Shown here piece after piece: positions 57,244 through 64,000 of a DNA stretch of 64,000 nucleotides. Where the stretch lies: contig JADBKN010000046.1 of assembly GCA_014896375.1 (NCBI GenBank), forward strand, positions 3,376 through 67,375, in the 5' to 3' direction. Source of the stretch: Bacillota bacterium. GTDB lineage: Bacteria; Bacillota; Sulfobacillia; RBS10-35; Bu92. Within the stretch, counting starts at the first letter, position 1, and each line of letters opens with the position of its first letter. The translations under genes were made by a program, and so were the position numbers. The notes under the pieces are model-generated. The model made no database searches. It was not told the origin of the DNA and was given only the letters and a program-made list of their open reading frames with translations.

Positions 57244-59614
57244 GATCGTCAAAACGCAGTACGAGTACGAGGGCCGCATCCGCGAGCAGATCACCGTGGT
57301 GGAGGAGGACGACCTGCCCCGCTGGGGGGAGGAAGCGCAACTGCGACTCGTGGGCCGGCCGCAGCCGCGCGTCGACGGCGAGGCGCGCGTGACGGGCGCG
57401 GCGCGCTACACGGCCGACATCGACCTGCCCGGCATGCTCTTCGCCAAGGTGCTGCGCAGCCCGCACGCGCGCGCCCGCGTGCGGCGCATCGACACGTCCA
57501 AGGCGGAGGCCCTTCCCGGCGTGCGCCTCGTCCTCACCGCCGACAACCTCCCCCCCGGCATCCTCAAGAAGGGCCCGGCGCCGCTCGTCAAGGAGGTGCG
57601 CTTCTTCGGCGAGGAGGTGGCGCTCGTCGTCGCGGACGAGGAGGAGACGGCGTATGACGCCCTCCGGCTCATCGACGTCGACTACGAGGTCCTGCCGCCC
57701 GTCCTGACCTGGGAGGAGGCGCTCGCCGAGGGCGCGCCGCGCGTCACCGAGCAAGGCAACGTGGAGGGCGGCCAGCCCGTCATCAAGACCTACGGTGACG
57801 TGGAACGCGGCCTCGCCGAGGCGGACGTCGTCATCGAGCGCACCTACACCACCCAGGTGGAGTTGCACAACGCCCTTGAGCCGCACGGCACCGTCGCCCT
57901 TTGGGAGGGCGACCGCCTCACGGTGTGGGAGTCGACGCAATCCGTGAGCGGCGTGCGCAAGGGCCTGGCTCAGGCATACGGCCTCCCGGACGAGGACGTG
58001 CGCGTGATCTGCGAGTACATGGGCGGCGGCTTCGGCGCCAAGTTCGGGCCGCACCGCCACACGCACCTGGCCGTCATCGCCGCGCGCATCCTGGGGCGCC
58101 CGGTGCGCCTCGTGCTCGACCGGCGCGACGAGGACCTCGCCACCGGCAACCGTCCGGCCACGGTGCAAAAGCTGCGCATCGGCGCGAAGCGTGACGGCAC
58201 GCTCACCGCCATCGACCTCGTCAGCTACCAGATCCAGGGCGCCGGCGGCACCGGCGGCGCCGTGGGCGGCCCCGCGCGCGACCAGTACCGCTGCCCCAAC
58301 GTGCGCACGGTGGAGTACGGCGTGTACACGAACGCCGGGCCCTCCACCTCCTTCCGCGCGCCCGGCTACCCTGAGGGCGCCTTCGCGCTGGAGAGCGCGC
58401 TGGACGAGCTTGCGCAGGAGCTCGGGCTCGACCCCCTGGAGCTGCGCCGCCGCAACTTCACCGACCGCCGCCGCGACGGGAAGAGGTACGCCCAGAACTC
58501 GTTCCTGGAGGCGTACGAGGTCGGCGCCAAGGCCTTCGGCTGGAGCGGCCGGCCCCAGCCGCCCGACCCGGCGGAGCTCTGGCGGCGCCGCGAGCGCGGA
58601 GAGCCGCTCGTGGTGCGCGGCGTGGGCGTGGCGGCGGGCATGTGGGGCTCGGCCGGCTGGCCGCCCGCCTACGCATGGGTGCAGCTCCACCACGACGGCA
58701 CGGCCACGGTGACGAGCGCCACACAGGACATCGGCACGGGCACGAAGACGGCGCTGGCCATGGTGGCGGCCGAGGAGCTCGGCTACCGCCTCGACGACAT
58801 CCGCATGCGCTTCGGCGACACCGTCATGGCGCCTTGGGGTACCGGCTCCGGCGGCAGCGGCACGACGAGCTCCATGGCGCCGGCCGTGCGCGCCGCCGCG
58901 GCCGACGCTCGTCGCCAGCTCCTGCAGCTCGTGGCGGACTACTTCGGCGTCTCGCCGGAGCAGGTGGAGCTGCGCGACGGCGTACTGCGCGTGCAGGGCG
59001 CGGCCGAGGGCGGAGGCGCCGTGGAGCGGCGCGTCGCCGAGTTCTTCCGCGACATCGGCCCCATCAACATCGTCGGGCGCGGCGGCCGCGCGCCGAACCC
59101 CGCCGACCTCGCCGCCATCTCCATCGCCGTCCACTTCGCGGAGGTCAGCGTGGACGTGCAGACGGGCCGCGTGGCGGTGGAGCGCATCCTCGCCGTGCAC
59201 GAGTCCGGACGCGTGATCAACCCGCTGACGATGACGGCGCAGATCGAGGGCGGCGTGCTCTTCGGCGTGGGCTTCGCCCTCACGGAGGAGCGGCGCCTCG
59301 ACCCGCGGCGCGGCTGGGTGCTGAACCCGGACCTCGAGAACTACAAGATCCTCACCGTCAAGGACGCGCCGCGCATCGAGACGATCGTCCTCGACCGGCC
59401 CGACGACCAGCTCAACAACAGCGCCGTCAAGGGCATCGGCGAGCCGCCGGTGATCCCGCCGGCGGCGGCGATCGCGAACGCCGTCCACAACGCCACCGGG
59501 CTGCGCTTCCGCGACCTGCCCATCACGCCGGAGAAGGTGCTGGCGGCGCTCGCGGCGGCCGGCCGCGCGGCGGGCGGGCGCGCGGCGGAGAAGGAAGGGG
59601 TGAGGCCGCGGTGA
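57236..59614 (+). CDS. Xanthine dehydrogenase family molybdopterin subunit
   Basis: VTG.ARY..D, GGGFGAK, FRAPG, QDIGTG, QIEGG, KGIGE, AIANAVHNATG. Confidence 0.95.
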   Translation: MPRIVKTQYEYEGRIREQITVVEEDDLPRWGEEAQLRLVGRPQPRVDGEARVTGAARYTADIDLPGMLFAKVLRSPHARARVRRIDTSKAEALPGVRLVLTADNLPPGILKKGPAPLVKEVRFFGEEVALVVADEEETAYDALRLIDVDYEVLPPVLTWEEALAEGAPRVTEQGNVEGGQPVIKTYGDVERGLAEADVVIERTYTTQVELHNALEPHGTVALWEGDRLTVWESTQSVSGVRKGLAQAYGLPDEDVRVICEYMGGGFGAKFGPHRHTHLAVIAARILGRPVRLVLDRRDEDLATGNRPATVQKLRIGAKRDGTLTAIDLVSYQIQGAGGTGGAVGGPARDQYRCPNVRTVEYGVYTNAGPSTSFRAPGYPEGAFALESALDELAQELGLDPLELRRRNFTDRRRDGKRYAQNSFLEAYEVGAKAFGWSGRPQPPDPAELWRRRERGEPLVVRGVGVAAGMWGSAGWPPAYAWVQLHHDGTATVTSATQDIGTGTKTALAMVAAEELGYRLDDIRMRFGDTVMAPWGTGSGGSGTTSSMAPAVRAAAADARRQLLQLVADYFGVSPEQVELRDGVLRVQGAAEGGGAVERRVAEFFRDIGPINIVGRGGRAPNPADLAAISIAVHFAEVSVDVQTGRVAVERILAVHESGRVINPLTMTAQIEGGVLFGVGFALTEERRLDPRRGWVLNPDLENYKILTVKDAPRIETIVLDRPDDQLNNSAVKGIGEPPVIPPAAAIANAVHNATGLRFRDLPITPEKVLAALAAAGRAAGGRAAEKEGVRPR

Positions 59615-60603
59615 TCCCGCGCATCGATTACGATCGCCCGGCCGCGCTGGACACCGTGCTCGACGTCCTCCTGCGGGAGGGCCGGCGCGCGCGGCCGCTG
59701 GCGGGCGGCACGGACCTCCTGCAGCTCTTGAAGGACGGGCTTCTTGAGGTGGAGCACCTCCTCGACCTGCGCGCGCTGGCGCCCACCCTCTCCGGCATCG
59801 CCGTGGGGCCGGGCGGCGCGCTGCGCATCGGCGCGCTCACCACGCTGGCGGAGGTGGCGGAGCACCCGCTGGTGCGCGGCTCCTTCCGCGCGCTCGCGCA
59901 GGCGGCGCAGCTCTCCGCCAGCCCGCAGCTGCGCAACATGGCGACGATCGGCGGCAACCTCCTGCAGCTGAACCGCTGCGAGTACTTCCGGAGCGACCTG
60001 CCCTGCTGGCTGCACGGCGGCCGGAGTTGCCTCGCGGCGGAGGGCGATCACCGCCACCACGCGATCTTCCCGCAGGCGCCGTGCCTCGCCGTCCACCCCT
60101 CGGACCCGGCCACGGCGCTCCTCGCGTTCGACGCACGTGTGGAGATCGCGCGCCCCGGCGGCGCGGTGGTGGAGGAGCCGCTCAGCGCGCGGCTCAAGGA
60201 TCCGGATCCGGACGATCCGCACCACTTCCACCTGGAGGAGGGCGAGCTCATCACGGCTGTGCTTCTGCCCCCGGCGGAGGGCGAGAGCGTGTACGAGAAG
60301 GCGATGGAGCGCGCCGCGTGGTCGTTCGCCCTGGCGGCCGCGGCCGTGCGGCTCTCGTTCTCCGACGGCGGACGCGTGGCGGCGGCGCGCGTGGTGCTGG
60401 GCGGCGTGGCCGGCCGGCCGCGCCGCGCGGAGGCGGCGGAGGCGGCGCTCCTCGGCCGGCCGCTGGACGCGGAGGCGGTGGCGGCCGCCGTCGAGGCCGC
60501 GCTGGAGGGCGCGGCGCCCCTGCCCGGCAACGCCTACAAGGTGGAGCTGGCGAAGGGCATTTTGCGGAAGGCGCTGCAGCGGCTCTCGCCGCAGGCGGGC
60601 TGA
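59611..60603 (+). CDS. Xanthine dehydrogenase family FAD subunit (PaoB/YagS-like, Cys-rich insert)
   Basis: LAGGTDL, ASPQLRNMATIGGNLLQ..RC.YFR...C...GG..C.A..G....HAI....C.AVHPSD, NAYKVEL. Confidence 0.93.
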   Translation: MIPRIDYDRPAALDTVLDVLLREGRRARPLAGGTDLLQLLKDGLLEVEHLLDLRALAPTLSGIAVGPGGALRIGALTTLAEVAEHPLVRGSFRALAQAAQLSASPQLRNMATIGGNLLQLNRCEYFRSDLPCWLHGGRSCLAAEGDHRHHAIFPQAPCLAVHPSDPATALLAFDARVEIARPGGAVVEEPLSARLKDPDPDDPHHFHLEEGELITAVLLPPAEGESVYEKAMERAAWSFALAAAAVRLSFSDGGRVAAARVVLGGVAGRPRRAEAAEAALLGRPLDAEAVAAAVEAALEGAAPLPGNAYKVELAKGILRKALQRLSPQAG

Positions 60604-60605
60604 AC

Positions 60606-62414
60606 GTGCGCGCGACGGGGGAGCCGGCGGGCGGCGTGAGGGCGGCGGACGGCGCGGGCGCGTCGGGCGCGGTGCAGGCCGGGGCGGCGGGGGAGGCGCT
60701 CGCGACGGCGGCGCCCGCAATGGCGGTGCCCGCACCCGCGCCCGCCACTGGCGAGCCGCCGGCAGCCGCCGGCACACCGGCCGTGCCGAACCGCGTTCGC
60801 GCCACCCTGTGGGTCACGTTCGGCTCCGCGCTCAGCAAGCCCCTCGGCTACGCCCGCGACGCTGCGCTGGCGGCCGTCTTCGGCGCGAGCGCCACCACCG
60901 ACGCCTTCTTCATCGCCCAGACGATTCCGCAGGTGCTCTTCGCCACCGTGGCGGCCGGCCTCAGCACCACCTTCGTGCCGGTCTACACCTGGCGCCGGCG
61001 CGAGGCCGGCCCGGAGGCGGCGAAGCGATCGACCGATATCATCTTCACCGCCGTGCTCGGGGCCGCCGTGCTCCTCGCCGCGGCGCTCTGGGTGCTGGCG
61101 CCGGCGGCCGTCGGGCTCGTGGCGCCGGGCTTCAGCGGCCCTGCGCGCGACCTCGCCGTCCGCCTCACGCGCATCATGCTGCCCAGCATGGTCTTCCTCG
61201 GCCTGGCCTCCGTCAGCACAGCGGCGCTTCAGGCGCACGAGCGGTTCACGCTGCCGGCGATGATCGGCATCCCCTACAACCTCGTGCTCGTGGCGTCCAT
61301 CGTGGGCCTCGGCACGCGGACGGGCGTCGACGCGGCGGCATGGGGCGTCGTGGCGGCCGTGGCCGCGCAGTGGCTGCTCCTCGTGCCCGGCATGCGGCGT
61401 ATCGGCTTCCGCTACCGGCTCTCCTGGGACGGGCGCGACCCGGCCCTGCGCCGCACGCTCGCGCTGACGGCGCCCGTCGTCGTGGCCACGGGCGCGAGCC
61501 AGCTGGGCTTCGTCGTCGACCGCATGCTGGCCTCTCTGCTGCCGGAGGGGCGCATCGCCGCGCTCTCCTATGCGAACCGCCTGTACGGCCTGCCGACCGG
61601 CGTGTTCGTGGCGGCCGTCGTCACGGTCGCGTTCCCGCTCCTCGCGCAGCGCGCGGCCGCGCGGGACCTCGACGGCTTGCGCGCCGCCCTGGTCCGTGGA
61701 CTGCGCCTCATGACGGCCTTCCTCACGCCCGTGGCGGCCGCGCTGGTGGTGCTGCGGCTGCCGCTTGTGCAGCTGCTCTTCCAGCACGGTGCCTTCACGG
61801 CCGACGACGCTCAAGAGACGGCTGTCGCGCTCGGCTTCTTCGCGCTGGGCCTCGTCCCGCTGGGCGCCCTGCAGCTCTTGCAACGCGCGTTTTTCGCGCT
61901 GCAGGACACGCGCACGCCGATGCTCCTTGGCGTGGCCGGCGTGGCCGTGAACGTGGCGGCGGATCTGGCGCTCGTCGGCCCGCTGGCCCAAGGGGGATTG
62001 GCGCTGGGGACGTCACTGAACGTGGCCTTCCAGGCGGCGGCGCTGCTCTGGGTGCTGCGCAAGCGGCTCGGCGGGCTGGGCGGGCGCGAGCTGGCCGCCA
62101 CGGCCGCGCGCGCGGCGCTGGCAGCCTCGGCCATGGTGCTCGTCCTTGAGGCGGCCTGGCCCGCGGTGACCGCCGCCGTGCCGGGTTCACGGTGCCGTTC
62201 GCCCGTGCAGGAGTTCGAGGCCGCCGCCGCGCATCATTCCGCCTTGGGAGGTGTTGGCACATGGGCCGAATGGTCCAATGCCCGACCTGCGACCCGCGAA
62301 ATGGGAACCCTTATGGCCCCGGCGTCTGCCGCCAGTGCGGCGGCACAGGCAAGCGTGATGGCTGGAGCGGCGCGCCGCCGAACACGTGCGAGTTCTGTCG
62401 GCGCGACGGCGTGA
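60606..62414 (+). CDS. murJ: MurJ/MviN flippase; family similarity ends about 62187 and the 3' end is replaced by unrelated sequence (start uncertain)
   Basis: SKPLGYARD..LAA.FGA...TDAF..A..IP, TTFVP, VDR.LAS, YANRLY.LP, RAFFALQDTRTP, GLALGTS; last TM missing. Confidence 0.85.
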   Translation: MRATGEPAGGVRAADGAGASGAVQAGAAGEALATAAPAMAVPAPAPATGEPPAAAGTPAVPNRVRATLWVTFGSALSKPLGYARDAALAAVFGASATTDAFFIAQTIPQVLFATVAAGLSTTFVPVYTWRRREAGPEAAKRSTDIIFTAVLGAAVLLAAALWVLAPAAVGLVAPGFSGPARDLAVRLTRIMLPSMVFLGLASVSTAALQAHERFTLPAMIGIPYNLVLVASIVGLGTRTGVDAAAWGVVAAVAAQWLLLVPGMRRIGFRYRLSWDGRDPALRRTLALTAPVVVATGASQLGFVVDRMLASLLPEGRIAALSYANRLYGLPTGVFVAAVVTVAFPLLAQRAAARDLDGLRAALVRGLRLMTAFLTPVAAALVVLRLPLVQLLFQHGAFTADDAQETAVALGFFALGLVPLGALQLLQRAFFALQDTRTPMLLGVAGVAVNVAADLALVGPLAQGGLALGTSLNVAFQAAALLWVLRKRLGGLGGRELAATAARAALAASAMVLVLEAAWPAVTAAVPGSRCRSPVQEFEAAAAHHSALGGVGTWAEWSNARPATREMGTLMAPASAASAAAQASVMAGAARRRTRASSVGATA

Positions 62415-62467
62415 GCACGGGGCGCTGCCCCACGTGCGATGCGCGCGTCTACATTGAAGAGCCCTGA
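62261..62467 (+). CDS. 68-aa cysteine-rich zinc-finger micro-protein
   Basis: GGGAGGTG RBS; MGRMVQCPTC...VCRQCGGTG...TCEFC...GRCPTCDARVYIEEP (4 CxxC). Confidence 0.7.
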   Translation: MGRMVQCPTCDPRNGNPYGPGVCRQCGGTGKRDGWSGAPPNTCEFCRRDGVSTGRCPTCDARVYIEEP

Positions 62468-63090
62468 TGGCGGATCTGGTCGCATCCGAACTGGTCGAGG
62501 AGCCGGGCGAGCCGCCGAAGGGCCTCAGCACGGCGCGCCGCATAATCGCTCGGCGTCGGATCGGTGGGCGCGCCCGCCCGGCGCTCGATCGCCGGGCGCA
62601 GATCATACCGTATGGACAGCACGTAGGCGTAACTGCTGCGGGATTCGATCCTCCCGCGGCGGGCCTTGGCGCCGCCGATCCGCTCGATGCGGACCGACGT
62701 CCCGTAGCCGATGAGATACGCCTGGCCCGTGAAGATCCGGGTGAGGATCCTCCGCCACAGCGCGCGCCGATCCTTGGGTACGGCCAGCACGAAGAAGCTG
62801 TCGCTCATGCGCGGCCTGCCCGGAGGATCCTCGACCCACAGATGGCCTTCGCAGGAGCCCGTGGTCTCGATGCCCAAGGCCCAGAACCGCGCACAGACGG
62901 GGATCACGCGCCGATCCGGGGGCTCCGGGTTCATCACGCCCAGCGCTCTTGCCTCGGCTTCCGCCCGCCGCACCGCGTCCATCAGCATGGACGCTCCTGC
63001 ACGGATGCGCGCGCGCCATGCAGCGTCCTCTCCGATCCGCGCCGCCCGCCGGTCCCGCTCGGTCGCAAGCTCCGCCTGTGCGCCGGTCAC
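62449..63090 (-). CDS. Hypothetical protein with D..VIP.....LGI.T..SC.GH motif
   Basis: GGAGGTG RBS before GTG 63090; open frame to 62449. Confidence 0.6.
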   Translation of the reverse strand: MTGAQAELATERDRRAARIGEDAAWRARIRAGASMLMDAVRRAEAEARALGVMNPEPPDRRVIPVCARFWALGIETTGSCEGHLWVEDPPGRPRMSDSFFVLAVPKDRRALWRRILTRIFTGQAYLIGYGTSVRIERIGGAKARRGRIESRSSYAYVLSIRYDLRPAIERRAGAPTDPTPSDYAARRAEALRRLARLLDQFGCDQIRHQGSSM

Positions 63091-63328
63091 CTCGACCCCA
63101 CCTCCGTCAAAAGGCAATCCCTCTTCAGCCGCACGCCTCAGGAAGGTCCACCAACCGCGCCGCGACTCACTAGCCAAGGTGGCCACGCGCTTCTCTGCCC
63201 AAGCGCGGGGCCGGCTGCGGTTGTAGCTCGGCTCGCGCGCGGCGCCCATCCCCACTTGATCCGGGTCGGCTCCTCTCATCCGTCCTGTGGCTGATCGCCC
63301 TCATCGGCCTGCGGTCGCCGGCCCGCCG

Positions 63329-63487
63329 CTAGGCCCGGACGGCCGCGGCCAGGGCCGCCGTCGCCGCGAGCAGCCCCATCCCCGCGAGGAAGCCCAGGAC
63401 GGGGTGCCGCTCGGCCCAGGGGCCGACGGCCCGCCGGGTCCACGCGAGATATCGCATGTAGAGCCTGATCGCAGGCACGCCCGTCAC
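63329..63487 (-). CDS. Small hypothetical membrane protein (about 52 aa)
   Basis: GTGA overlap with the upstream stop; ...ERHPVLGFLAGMGLLAATAALAAAVRA*. Confidence 0.5.
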   Translation of the reverse strand: MTGVPAIRLYMRYLAWTRRAVGPWAERHPVLGFLAGMGLLAATAALAAAVRA

Positions 63488-63813
63488 CACCCCCCGAGAA
63501 GCGCGCCGAGCCCCCCGCCGGCCGGGCCGAGGGCTGCGCCGAGCTGGCCCATGACCTGCGCCGTCTCCATCGCCGCCGCGGCCTGGGCCGTCATCGCGAG
63601 GAACGCCGCCACGCCCGCCGACGCGAGGATGCGCGCGAGCAAGCCGGCGAGCGGCGAGACGAGCTGGAATGCGAGAGGGATCACCAGCAGGAGGACCAGT
63701 CCGAGCATCGCGTAGGGGATGAGATCCTGCCAGTCCCCGGCCAGCGCCAGCCACGCGACGCGGTAGGCCAGCGCGTGCATCCACGCGCTAAGGACGTCCG
63801 ACATCGGCGCCAT
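63484..63813 (-). CDS. Small hypothetical membrane protein
   Basis: Two hydrophobic helices (YAMLGLVLLLVIPLAFQLV; LLARILASAGVAAFLAM) and a Gly-rich tail. Confidence 0.55.
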   Translation of the reverse strand: MAPMSDVLSAWMHALAYRVAWLALAGDWQDLIPYAMLGLVLLLVIPLAFQLVSPLAGLLARILASAGVAAFLAMTAQAAAAMETAQVMGQLGAALGPAGGGLGALLGGW

Positions 63814-64000
63814 CCCTCATTTCCACCGCTCGCGCCCCTCGGGGCGGAGCCGTCTCGGCGATCATCCTCCCGTCCGGCCCGAGGACCCGCATCGGCGTCC
63901 CGCGCACAGCCGCCCACTTCCGCGCCAGCAGCTCCGCCGAGTACGGATGCGTCGTCCTCGCCAGCTCCTCTCCCGTCCCGGCGTCCACCACGCGCCACGC
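63788..64000 (-). CDS. Small hypothetical protein (5' end probably beyond the window)
   Basis: WRVVDAGTGEELARTTHPYSAELLARKWAAVRGTPMRVLGPDGRMIAE...; overlaps the next gene. Confidence 0.5.
   Translation of the reverse strand, partial: AWRVVDAGTGEELARTTHPYSAELLARKWAAVRGTPMRVLGPDGRMIAETAPPRGARAVEMRDGADVGRP

Overview
Very GC-rich chromosomal DNA from what looks like an endospore-forming, probably thermophilic, Bacillota (SASP, BshC, Firmicute-type flagellin, S-box and TPP riboswitches with intrinsic terminators). It is mostly housekeeping: aceE (partial), tRNA-Lys and tRNA-Met, bshC, a MaoC pair, ferredoxin, trxA, an aminotransferase, an M32 peptidase, thiE, metY-metX, signalling genes, a Gld-like ABC transporter, flagellin, galU and a Pao/xanthine-dehydrogenase-type trimer. 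Accessory and rearranged parts: (i) a 16.2-kb block (10827-27023) bounded by ISL3-like inverted ends, holding a 5'-truncated yhaN-like gene, a deletion-fused thiamine operon, a lower-GC kdpFABCDE island with an extra micro-ORF and an IS110 stub; (ii) a cell-surface glycan operon coupling an O-antigen-ligase/TPR protein, a split Bcs1-like CDP-polyol synthesis pair, a CDP-alcohol phosphotransferase and a GT2::CDP-alcohol phosphotransferase fusion, with complementary defects in the two phosphotransferase motifs (best candidate for an undescribed pathway); (iii) an unnamed type II-like toxin-antitoxin pair in a single reading frame with a twin-palindrome operator; (iv) a murJ cut near its 3' end and followed by small phage/ICE-like ORFs. 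All calls come from motif recognition by eye; no searches were run.
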